A stretch of DNA of 64,000 bases, taken from Camelus dromedarius (Eukaryota). The stretch covers positions 36,148,001 to 36,212,000 of the forward strand of contig NC_087437.1 of the NCBI RefSeq assembly GCF_036321535.1. The letters run 5' to 3'. Position numbers and translations under genes: made by a program. This document shows, piece by piece, positions 39,190 to 51,646 of this stretch (its first letter is position 1; each line of letters opens with the position of its first letter). A model generated the notes under the pieces. The model was given only the letters and a program-made list of their open reading frames with translations. It was not told the DNA's origin and made no database searches.

Positions 39190-39480
39190 GTGTAAGGAAG
39201 GAAAAAGTTTTCCTTTTCAGGTCCCTCGCTAGGTCTGAAAATTAAACTGACCAAGACATTAACAGGAGAAAGACACATTTTACTTCATTTTCATATGTGC
39301 ATGGGAGCCTTCACAAGGGAATGAAGACCCAAAGAAGTGACAAGAACAGGAAGCTTTTATACGTTTTAGACATAAATAAATACATTAATTTTTATTAATT
39401 AAATTAATTAATTTATAAAAATTGACAAGACAAAAGATTTGGGGCTATGGGTAGTAAATGATAGAAAAGATAATGATCAC
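39190..39480. mobile_element. ERV1-type LTR fragment
   Basis: 'tgtaaggaaggaaaaagtttt...attaacaggagaaagacaca...catgggagccttcacaagggaatgaagacccaaagaag' resembles MER4/MER41-class LTRs. Confidence 0.5.
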
Positions 39481-39489
39481 TACTGTCAC

Positions 39490-40955
39490 CCCAAACTAGT
39501 GGCTTAGAAATATTAACAAAAACTATTGCCAAGACCAGAGGAAAAATATGAAGTAGTACAACATATAAAAAATAAAAACATGGAAGGGAAATACAAGACA
39601 CTCAATGTAAGAATATTTCAGGGGAGAAGAAAAGAGAAAGAAAAGGTGCAAGACAGGAAATGATTAAACAAATAATGGAAGGGAATCTGTCTGAGCTTTA
39701 TGTCTGGTGACCTGTGTCTGGATATGAATACACCCATCAGATTCTAAGATGAATTAATGAAATTAAGAAGTATACCTTGTTATAGTGTGACAATTTTTAA
39801 TTTTACAGATAAAGCTAAAATCTTCAAGTTCCTAGTGCATATAATAATTTATGCTACTGTTAATAATACTGGTAATAATAAAATGTTACATACACAGGAA
39901 AAAGGACTAGCATCAAATTTCTCATTTATAACCCTTGAAACTTGAAGACAGTAGTATAATATTTGCTGACTACTGAGAAAAAATTACATAACCCCCAAAT
40001 CCTATACCTACTGACAGTATCATCTTACAGGCAGATGACTGATAATGTACAATGTAATAAATTTCATCTGAGGGAGGTGATTGAGGGTATACATAAACCA
40101 AATAATAAATAATTCAAAAACAGAATCCAAGCTCTAAGGACATTTGAAACCAGGAAAACTCTAAACTATAAGAAAATTTTAATCATAGTCAATAATTAAA
40201 ATTAAGTAGCTCAGGAATAGAGGATTTCTAAAGGCCTCATAGTAGGGGTGGAGGAGGCCGGGTAAACAGGATGAGTAAAAGTGTTTCTTTACATCTCATC
40301 TTTGTAGGATGCATCCATGCTTTCATGGGGAAATGCTTCCTTTTCAAACAATAGTAAAGAAATATGTATCTAATTATAAATGCAAGGTTGGGTAAGGTAA
40401 CAGAATAAGAATTATGGTTAGGATATCCAAATATGTAGTGGAAACATGAAATGAATAGTAACTTGATTTAAAAACATGCAAAAGTACAAGACAATATAGG
40501 AAAGGATAGTTTAAAATAAGCAGTAAACATAAAATAAGATGGGAGAAACATGACAACTATATACAAACATTGCCCTATGTGTGGATACAATTATGACTCC
40601 TACTAAAAGAGAGTTCAAAAGCATCTGTTTAAATGCAGGTCATAAGAAACAGACTTAAAACCACTTATAAAGAAAGGTTGAGAATAAAGGGATTATCAAG
40701 CAGGTACTTGGAGAAAAAAAAAAAAGATGCTTTGCCAGCATAATATATGCACATGCTGTAATTTAAGGTTAAAGACATGAAGCAGAGTGAAGAAGAATAT
40801 TGTATCATAATAGAAGGCACACTGAACAAAGAAGGTAAAACAGCAATAAACGCATATAAATCTAATAGCTTAGCAGCTAAATGCACAAAGCAGAAATTAT
40901 TAAAAATGCAAGGAGAACTTCCTGAATAAAAAAGAAAAATTTAAAAAGAAACTTC
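39490..40955 (+). mobile_element. Very old L1/HAL1-like ORF1 to ORF2-start relic
   Basis: A-rich decayed motifs ('aaatcctatacctactgac', 'tgtatcataatagaaggcacac', 'aaaaatgcaaggagaa'). Confidence 0.5.
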
Positions 40956-41574
40956 AATAGAACAGAGGGAAGTAGGCAGAGAATATGGAGATTCCCAGAG
41001 GAACTGGCAGCTGATGTTTGGAGTCCCAGAGGCGCCATTACAAACAGGGGGGAAGCAGTCAAGATTATCTGCCAGTTCAGACAATCAGTATGAAATCCCT
41101 GCATAAAATCACTTTAGTGATGATGGAAGTAGAGAGCCAAGACACTGAATACCCAGTTGCACAGCGCACCGGCAGCATACAGACAGCACCCTGGTAGGCA
41201 CTGTAGAAGATGCGCTGTCTTCAAATAGGGAGGCTGTATCCTTTCCACACATTAAAGAAGGTTATATCCTTCTAAAAGGAAAGTACACAGAGGGAAGGAT
41301 TCTGGTATATACCTACCGCAGTAAAACATGAACTGGTATCACTATGAAATAATTATTTTCTTAGTACAAAGCAGAATTTTAAGTAGTTCATTAGAATTCA
41401 TATTTACCTTCATCTGTACTAGAGTGTACTGGGCACCTTACTAAATAAATTGGAAGATAAGAATCATATATATGATGATATGTTTTGAGTGATTTCTAAG
41501 TTCTAAAGGAATGAGAAGGTAAAAATCGTTTATAGCAACAGTCACTAAATCACTCTGAACAACAGACACTTAAA

Positions 41575-44500
41575 CTGCCTGAGGGGCAGGCATCTAATTT
41601 AACACATATCTAGGGGCCTCCTGACATCCTCTCCAGAGATGCAGGCCAGCAGGAGTCATTTTGGCACTCTCCCTCTGCCTCATCCCAGGTCACCAGTACC
41701 TCCCAAAAGGAGCCTGTATCCTAATCTTGTACCCAAATTTTTGTGGTTGCTACCCAGGGGACACCTATTGATCACCTGGCTCAGTGGCCAGCAAGGCTTA
41801 TGTTCACAGATCCCACAGGAGTATACCCAACAGAGAAAGAGTTAAATGGCTACCATCCCCAGGGTATATCAGAGAGGCAACAGCCCTAGGTACCCAGTCT
41901 ATGAAAGAGGCCTGTTAACTAATCTTCATAGTTGTGGCCAGAGGGGTAAGCTTCCAATTAAACATGTGTCTATGGGCTGGCTGTAATCCTCTTCAGGGAC
42001 ATTGGAGGGCAGGTTCTATCTTCATGCTCTCCTTCTGTTGCATTCCAGAGCTACAGTATCACCTGAAGGAGAGTTATATACATATCCTGTGCCCTGTTTT
42101 TTATAGCCAATGCCCCAGTTTTTGTGGCTGCTGCCCAGGGTATTACCCCCTGAAAATCCTGCCCTAGTCCCAGCAGGTCTTATGTTACTGGTCCGACAGA
42201 ACTGTATATATTTGCATACTTTAAAAGTTGCTACCTAAGGGTCTAGGCTGAATCTAGGTGCTGACTGAGATCCTTTGGGACACTAACAAGTGTTGGCACA
42301 CCCTTGACTACTGACCACCACTAAAAATAAAGCAGGCTGCTTAGATAATCACACAGGTTTAAGAGATTACCAAGAGTAGGAAAGGGTTGAAGGATAAAGT
42401 AATCTCTTACATAGGACATTCTTTCAAGGATAAGAGAGGTAGCTGTTTTATCTAATGCATAGAAACCAACCCAGAGTCAAGGAAAATGAAGAAACAGAGA
42501 AAGATGTTTCAAATGAAATTACAAGGTAAAATCTCAGAAAAAAGATCTTAATGAAATAAAGATAAGGGATTTACCTGAGAGACTTCAAAATAATGGTCAT
42601 AAAGATACTCAGTGAGTTCAGGACAATGAATAAACAAAGTGAGAATTTCAACAAATAGAAAGAAAATATAATAAAGAATAAATAGAAGCCACAGAACTAA
42701 AGAATACAAACAACGAACTGAAAAAAAAAGAAAACAAAGGTGCAGTTCAACAGCAGGCTGAATGAAATAGAAGAAACACCAGTGAGCCCAAAGACAGCAA
42801 TGAAACTCACCCAATCAGAACAGCTAAAAAAAAAAGAGTAAAGATAGCTTAAGGGAATTGTAGGACAACATCAAGTGGACTGACATCCACATTTCAGGGG
42901 TCCCTGAGAGATAAGAGTAAGAGAAGGGGGAAGAAAACTTACCTGCAGAAATAATGGTTGAAACCTAATGTGGAGAGAAACATTCAGATCCAGGAAGTCT
43001 AGAAAGTTCCAAATGAGATAACACAAAGAGACCCACACCAAGGCATATTAAAGTGCCAAAAGTTAAAGACATGGAGAGAATCTTTAAAACATCAAGAGAA
43101 AAACAACTTATTATGTACAAGTAAAACCCCATGAGACTACCAAAAGATTTCTTAGCAGAAATTTTGCAGGCCAGAAAAAGTATGTTCAAAGTGCTGAAAG
43201 AAAGAAAGAAAGAAAGAAAAAAAACAAAAAAAACCTATCAACCAAGAATACTCTACCCTGAAAAATGGTCCTTGACAACTGAAGGAGAGATAAAGAATTT
43301 TACAGACAAGCCAAAGGTAAAGGAGTTCATACCACAAAACTAGCCTTACAAGAATTATTAAAGGGACTTCTTTAAGCTGAAATAAAAGTGCACAAATTAG
43401 CAATAGGAAACAATGACAGTAGAAATTACACTGTAAAGGTAAACAGATAGTAAAATTCACAATTATTTAATGTTGAACTAGTGGTAGGTTAATTACTTAC
43501 AAAGTTAGTATAAAGGTTAAGAGACAAAAGTAGTAAAAATAATTACAGTAATTTAAAGGATACGCAAGATAAAAAGACATCAAAAACAATGTATGGAAGA
43601 AGAGGAAAAATGTAGAGCTTTAGAATGCATTTAAACTTAAGCTGCTATCAAGTTAAAATATATCATTACAAATATAAACTGTTTTAAGTCAGCCTCATGG
43701 TAACCACAAAGCAAAACCCTATAGTAGATACACAAATGATAAAAAAGAGGAATCCGAGCATACCACTACGAAAATATTCATCATGGGAAAAAAAAAAAAG
43801 AGCAAGAAAAGACAAACAGAGAAATTTATAAAACAGCTAAAAACAGTTGACAAAATGGCAATAAATACATACCTATATATGATATATGAACCCTTTATAT
43901 GATACCTACAAGAGACTCACTTCAGATATAAGGACATACAAGACTGAAAGTGAAAAGATAGATATTCCATGTAGAGGAAAACTGTGGTAACTGTATTTCA
44001 GACAAAATAGACTAACATACACTGCAATAAGAGACAAAAAAGCTCATTGTATAATGACAAAACAGTCATTCCAACAACAGAATGTAATATAGGAAATGCA
44101 AGTATGTGTACCCAACATAGAAACACCTAAATATATAAAGCAAATATTAACATACCTAAAGGGAGAAATAACAACACAGTAGTAGGGGATCTTAATACCC
44201 CACTTTCATCAGTGGATGGATCATCCAAACAGAAAAATCAGTAAGCAAACACTAGCCTTAAAGGACACGTTAGATCAGACAACTTAACAGATGTACACAG
44301 AACGCTCCATACAAGAGTAGTATAATACGCATTTTTCTCAAAATCATATGGCACATTCTCCCGCACAGATCATAGGCCACAAAACAAGTCTTACTAAGTT
44401 TAATATGACTGAAATTATATCAAGCATGTTTTTCTGATCACAGTGGTAAGACAATAGAAATTATTACACAAAGAAAACTGGAAAATTCACACATATGTGG

Positions 44501-47070
44501 AGATTAAACATGCTACTGAACAACCAATGGGACCAAGAAAAAATTGAAAGAGAAATTTAAAAATACCTAAGACAAATGAAATTGGGAGAACAAAATGCCA
44601 ATATTTATGGGATGCAACAGAAGCAGTTCTAAGAGAAATGTTTACAGGGCTAACTGCCTGCCCCAAGAAACAATAAAGATCTCAAATTATTAATCTAACT
44701 TTACACATCAAAGAACTAGAAAAAGAAAAACAGATAAAGCCCAAAGTTAGTAAAAAGAGGAAAATAACAAAAATCAAACAGAAATAAAATAGAGACAAAA
44801 AGAAAACAGAACAGATCTTGGAAACTAAGAGCTAGTGTTTTGAGAATATAAACAAAATAACAAATTCACCAAGAAAATTTTCATAGACTCACCAAGAAAA
44901 AAAAGAGACAAGATAAATTGATAAATTCCTCTAACGTCAGGAACAAGACAGGATGTCCACTTTTGCCACTTTTTAACATAGAACTGGTAGTCCTACCTAG
45001 AGCAGTTAGGCAGGAAAAAGAAAGAAAAGACATCCAAATTGGAAAGGAAGAAGTTAAACTGTCACTATTTGCAGATGACATAATTTTATATACAGAAAAC
45101 CTAAAGACTACCAAAATACTGTTAGAATAAAGTTGTAGGATACAAAATGAATATTAAAAAAAAAACCTGTTGTATTTCTATTAACATTGAACTATCAGAA
45201 GGGAAATTTTAAAAAAAATACCATTTACAACTGCATCAAAAAGAATAAAATAACTAGGAATAAATTTACTTGAGGAGAAAGACTCCTGCCCTGAAAACTA
45301 TGAGCCATTGATGAAAGACACTGAAGAAGACACAAATAAATGCAAAGATATTCCATGCTCATGAGTTGGAAGAATCAGTATTTGTAAAGTGTCCACAATA
45401 GTCAAACCAATCTACATATTCAATGCAATCCCTATCAAAATACCAATGGCATCTTTCACAGAAATAGAGCAAATAATTCTATAACTTGTATGGAATCATA
45501 AAAGACCCCAAATAGCCAAAGTAATTCTGGCGAAAAAAGAACAAAACTAGAGGATCGCACTTCCTGATTTCAAACTATATTACAAAGCTATAGTCATCAA
45601 AAACAATTTGGTACTGGCATAAAATTAGACACATAAGTCAATGGAACAGAATAGATAGCTCAGAAATAAATCCATACACATGGTCAATTAACTTATGACA
45701 AAGCAACCAGAAGTATGCAATGGGGAAAGGACAGCCTCTTCAATAAATGGTGCTGGGAAAATTGGACAGCTGCATGCAAATGAATGAAACTGGACTGCCA
45801 TCTTATGCCATACACAAAAATTAACTCAAAATGGATAGACATGAACTTAAAGACTGGAAACCATAAAACTTCCAGAAAAAAAATATAGGTAGTCAACTCC
45901 TTAACAGACTTTTTAGATTTGACACCAATAGCAAAGAGAAAGAAAAAAAAAACAAACAAGTACATCTACTTCAAAATAGAAAGCTTCTGCATAGCAAAGG
46001 TAACCATCAACAAAATGAAAAAGATTACCTACTAAATGGGAGAAAATAATGCTAATAATACACCTGAAAAAGGGTTAATATGCAAAAAGTATAAATAACT
46101 CATACAAATCAATAGCAAAAATTAAACAATGTTCTTAAAAAATGGGCAGAGTATCTGAACAGACAATTCCAAAGACATACAGATGGTCAACAGGTACATA
46201 AAAAGGTGCTCAACATTCCTAATCATGATAGAAATGCAACCTTAATGAAATTAATACCTCCTATCTGTTAGAATGGCTACTGTCAAAAAGACAATAAATG
46301 AGTTTTGGCTAGAATGTGGAGAAAAGGGAACCTCTGTGCACTGTTGGTAGGAATTGCTGCAGTCACTATGGAAAACAGTATGGAAGTTCTTCAAAATATT
46401 AAAAATAGAACTACTTTATGATTCAGCAATCCTACTTCTAAATATTTTTCTGAAGGAAACAAAGACCTTAACTCAAAGATATATGCACCCCATGCTCATT
46501 ATAGCATGAATTACAATAAGCAAGATATGGAATCAGAGTAGGTGTCCATCAGTGGATGAATGGGCACACACATAATGGAATGTTATTCAGCCATAAAAAA
46601 GGAAATCTTGACATTTGCTACAACATAGATGTTCCTGAGGGCAATAAGCTAAGTGAAATAAATCAGAGAGAGAAAGACAAATACTGTAATAGCTCACTTA
46701 CATGTGGAATCTAAAACAAAACAAAACAAAACAAAAACTGAGCTCATAGATACAGAGAACAGGTTGGTGGTCAGCAGAGGAGGGTTGGGGGGGAGGCTAA
46801 AATGGTTGAAAGTGGTCAAAGGTATAAACTTGTAGTTATAAAACAAATAAGCCTTGAGGAGGTAATGTATGGCATGGTGACTATAGTTAATTATATTATA
46901 TTGTATATTTAAAAGTTGCTAAGGGAGTAGATCTTAAATATTCTTATCACAAGAAAAATGTCACATGGTGATGGATGTTAGTTGACTTATTGTGGTGATC
47001 AACTCACTATATATATGTATAAAATCATTACGTGTTATACCTGAAACTAATAATAACTACATGTCTAATA
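41575..47070 (+). mobile_element. Near full-length LINE-1 (5'UTR, ORF1, ORF2 with internal deletion, 3'UTR), decayed
   Basis: ORF 43131..43343 'DFLAEILQAR...YQPRILYPEKWSL' is ORF1p-like; 44918..45130 '[47 protein letters not shown]' is RT including the FADD motif. Confidence 0.93.
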
Positions 47071-47719
47071 TATTTGGAGGAGGGAAAAAGAAGAGGATGG
47101 CAACAAAAGGAGGAACAGAAAGAGGATGAAGAGGAAGGGGAAGAATGGGATGAAAAAAAGAGGAAGATGAAAACATGCCATATTGTTCTCTATAAAGAAA
47201 GCCGAAAGTGACAACTGCAGCGTTTTCTCTCTGGTCTCCTGTATCTGGCTTCCTGACTTGAAGACAGGAGCACTTTTAATTCTACTATTCTTCCTCAGAA
47301 TTGATGTGGCGGGGACAGATAAGTTCTGAGTATCTCCATGACTTGCTCACTATGGTTTGCCAACAAGAGTCCCATTAGAGTTGAAGAACAAGATTAAATT
47401 CTGGAAAATATTAAAGTCAGAAAGGGTGTATCTGCCTTAACAATCCTGAGGAGTATATTATTTTCCACCTCCCTCTGCTAAAAGGGATTCCTTTTTCAAT
47501 GTAGTATTAACATCTCCAAGCACACATCTTGAAGATTATCATTAAGGCTTTCTTCATATTCACTTACTAACTTAATGCCCTGATAGAGGATCACATGCTT
47601 AATTACCATTTGCTAAATTCTCTTTCTTAGGAAAATATTTAATAACAGTAGGGACTCAATCATTCTTATAATCAATTTCACAGACCAAAGATAATAAATA
47701 TTAATTCAAAATATATTCT

Positions 47720-48010
47720 ATTCTAATAACCTTTGTGTTCTCAAGTCCTAGATCAGTGTCTGGAAGATAGTAGGTATTTAATAAAAATTTGTGAGCCATT
47801 GAGGAACATTTAACTGTATTTTAAAAACCTGTCACTTGCTCTTCTGTTCTAATGCTCTTGAGCAAGACAATTTCAAAGGTGACCTTACTGATTCCTGAGA
47901 GTGTAAGTTCAATGGGAATAAGGATTCTACCGCTTTTCACAGCTGTAGCCCCAGTACCAAGAGCAGTGACCAGCATACAGTAGGCCTTTAATAAATGTTT
48001 GTTGAATGAA
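47720..48010 (+). mobile_element. L2 3'-end relics
   Basis: 'cctagatcagtgtctggaagatagtaggtatttaataaa' and 'cagtaggcctttaataaatgtttgttgaatgaa'. Confidence 0.65.
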
Positions 48011-48733
48011 GTGGAAATATTTATATTCACCTTTAATTACAAAATATAGTGAACATACCAACAGAATATGGCAGCCATGTACAACTCAGATATGTCTATA
48101 TTTGTTCCAATTTCTTTGTTAAAAGAAATAGCTATTGTTCTATCACCTCTGCTCTTCCCACTTCTCTCCCAGACCTAAATTTCTGTATAGTATATGTATG
48201 TTTTTATATGTTTAAAATATAATATACAGTATTTTTGTATTTAAATTATACTTACATATGGCAATAAATACCTTTTATTCTAGGAAGGGCTTTTATTCTA
48301 AGATTGTTAAGCATTTCATGTTAAGATTGTAAGGATATGACAATATTTTTAAAATCCTTTTGTTTTCTTTTTCCCAAAGACTAAAATTATTTTTGTAATT
48401 TAACTATTATTTTTTGTAATTTATTTTCTAATTTAACTATTATTATTTTTGTAATTTAATTTTGTAACTTTAACACTCAGAAAAACTCCTCTTTATTCCC
48501 AGGTTTCATGCCTTTATTGCTCTATTCTACTTTCATTTTTTGTCTGATCTTAGAATCTGAATTATAAAGCAACAAAAGAAAAGGTTCATGAGGGGAACAC
48601 AGAGAAGAAAGAGAAATGATTACATTTATACTTTGATCTTATCAGCATCAACTAGAGACTGCTGACATGGAAACAGAGACCTCATTTTAACATGATCCTC
48701 ATCATCCACCACCCAGTGCATGGATATTGTATA

Positions 48734-51151
48734 CAGGCATACCTGGCTTTATTGCCCTTTGCTTTATTGCGTTTTGCAGGTATTGTTTTTCACAAATTGA
48801 AAGTTTGTGGCAACTCTACATCAAGCAATTGTATCAGTGCCATTTTCCAACAACATTTGCTCATTTTGTGTCTCTATGTCACATGTTGGTAATTCTTGCA
48901 ATATGTCCATTTTTTTCATTATTATTATATTTGTCGTTACAGTGATCTGTGATCAGTGATTCTTGATGTTACTATTTTAACTGTTTGGGGCACCATGAGC
49001 TATGCCCATGTAAGACAGCAAACTTAACTGATAGATTTTATATGTGTTCTGGCTGCTCCACGGACCAGCCATTCCCTATCTCTCTTCCCCACTTCAGGCT
49101 TCCCTATTCCCTGAGGCCTCCCCCCCAAAAAAAAAATAAAACTAAAATCGGGACAATTGATACTCTACAATGGCCTCTAGTGTTCATGTAAAAGGAAGAT
49201 TCGCGTCTCTCTCACTTCAATCAAAAGCTAGAAATGATTAAGCTTAGTGAGGAAGGCATGTCAAAAGCTGAGATATGCCTAAAACTAGGCCTCCTGCATC
49301 AAACAGTTAGCCAAGCTGTAAATGCAAATGGGAAGTTCTTGAAGGAGATGAAAAGTCCTACTCCAATGAGCACACAAAAGATAAAAAGCAAAACAGCTTT
49401 GTTGCTGATAATGGAGAAAGTTTTTAGTGCTCTGGATAGAAGATCAAACCCGAAAAACATTCCCTTAAGCCAAAGCCTAATCCAGAGCAATACCCTACAT
49501 CTCTTCAATTCCATGAAGGCTGAGGTAGAAAAGCTTCATAAGAAAAGTCTGAAGCTAGCAGAGGTAGGTTCATAAAGTTTAAGGAAGAAGCCATCTCCAT
49601 AAACATAAAAATGCAAGTTGAAGCAGCAAATGCTAATGTAGAAGCTGTAGCAAGTTATCCAGATGGTCTAGCTGAGATAGTTAATGAAGGTGGCTACACT
49701 AAATAATAACAGATTTTCAGTGTAGACAAAACAGCCTTGTATTGGAAGAGGATGCCATTTAGGACTTTCATACGTAAAGAGGAGAGGTCAATACCTGGTT
49801 TCAAAGAGTCAAAGGACAAGCTGACGATCTTGTTAGGGGCTAATGCAGCTGGTGAATTTAAGTTGAAGCCAGTGCTTATTTGCCATTCCAAAAATTCTAG
49901 GGCCCTTAAGAATTATTCTCAGTCTCTTGTGCCTGTGCTCTAGAAATGGAATGAGAAAGCCTGGAAAACAGCACATCTGTTTACAACATGGTTTACTTAA
50001 TATTTTAAGTCCACTATTGAGACTTACTATTCAGAAAAAAAAGATTCATTTCAAAATATTACTGCTCACTGACAATGTATCTGGTCGGTCACCCAAGAGC
50101 TCTGATGGAGATGTACAATGAGATTATTGTTTTCATGCCTGCTAACACATCCATTTTGCAACCCAGGGATTAAGGAGTAATTTTGACTTTCAAGACTTAT
50201 TAGTTAAAAAATACATTTCATAAGGCCAGAGCTGCCATAGATATTGATTCCTCTGATGGATCTGAGCAAAGTTAATTTAAAACTTTCTGGAAAAGATTCA
50301 CCATTCTACGTGTCATTAAGAACATTTATGATTCATGGGAAGAGATAAAAAATATCAACATTAACAGGAGTTTGGAAGAAGTTGATTCTCATCTTCATAG
50401 ATGACTTTGAGGGGTTCAAGATTTCAGCAGAGGAAGTAACTACAGATATGGTGAAAACAGTGAGAGAACTAGAATTAGAAGTGGAGCCTAAAGACATGAC
50501 TGAGTTGCTTCAACTTCATGATAAAACTTTAACAAATGAGAAGTTGCTTCCTTTTGATGAGCAAAGAAAGTGGTTTCTTGAGAGGGAATCTACCCCTGGT
50601 CAAGGTGCTATGAAGCTTGTTGAAATGACAGCAAAGGATTTAGACTGTTACGTAAACTAAGTTGAGAAAACAGTGGCAGGGTTTGAGAGGATTGACTTCA
50701 ATTTTGAAAGAAGTCCTACTGTGGGTAAAGTGTTATCAAAAAGCGTTACATGCTACAGAGAAATCATTCATGAAAGGAAGAGTCAATGTGGCAAACATCA
50801 CTGTTGTCTTATTTTAAGAAATTGCCACAGCCACCCCAGCCTTCAGCATCTACTGCACTGATCGGTCAGCAGCCATCAACATTGAGGCCAGACTCCCTAC
50901 CAGCCAAAGGATTACAACTTGCTGAACACTCAAATGATGGTTAGCATTTTTAGTAGTAAAGTATTTTTTAACTAAGGTATGTACATTGTTTTTTAGACAT
51001 AATGCTATTGCACACTTAATAGACTGCAGTATAGTACAAACGTAACTTTTATAGGCACTGGGAAATAAATTCATGTGACTCACATTTTCATGATATTCAC
51101 TTGATTGTGGTGGTCTGGAACTGAACTTGCAATATCTCCAAGATGTGCTTG
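48734..51151 (+). mobile_element. Full-length Tigger1 DNA transposon (pogo family), transposase disrupted
   Basis: ta|caggcatacct ... agatgtgcttg|ta TIRs and TA sites, 2418 bp. ORF pieces 'MIKLSEEGMSKAEI..KLGLL..TVSQ', '[36 protein letters not shown]', 'KILLLTDNV' match Tigger1/TIGD1 transposase. Confidence 0.96.
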
Positions 51152-51299
51152 TATAATGTTTGCATTTATTTATTTTTTACCAGTTGTCCTTAGTAGCTGT
51201 CCATAATCTTAGGCATTGCACTAAAAATTCAGTATCTCTCTTTTAACAGGACGGAATCTTTGCTTTAGAGAACCTACTATCCAGTGGAGAAAAAATATG

Positions 51300-51641
51300 A
51301 GCCAAAAAGAAAATGAAGTAAGTGAAATACAGATTACAGATATTAAGATAGAGGAAATGTTGGGCTGGAATGTGGCAGGAATGAGAAGCACTGAAAATTA
51401 TCCGGCCTAACAGGGTCATGAAAGACTTCTCAGAGGAAGTTGCCTTTAAGCAGAGGTTAAGAAAGGGTGAGAAGAGTTTACTCAGCATGACAATTCAGAG
51501 TCTAGAAAGAACCTAGTGTTTTCACAGGAGGAAATAATTTCTGTATGACTAGTTATAAAGGTAAGAATAGCTAGAGATTCAACTGAAAAGATTGGCAAGA
51601 TGGAGCACAGGAAGCTATGGGAACATTTTTTGAGGTGGAAT
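51300..51641 (-). mobile_element. L2 relic, left part (continues ~57100-57290 after the nested LTR elements)
   Basis: 'gaagacttctcagaggaagttgcctttaagcagagg' L2-like; resumes with 'cctagggtggtgataatgagg...gtagaatcgacaattcttggcaataattggat'. Confidence 0.55.
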
Positions 51642-51646
51642 AACAT

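Noticed and set aside
41015..41040. CTCF-like motif cccagaggcgcc
   Set aside because: Spacing is one base short of the core consensus and the 5' CC is missing.
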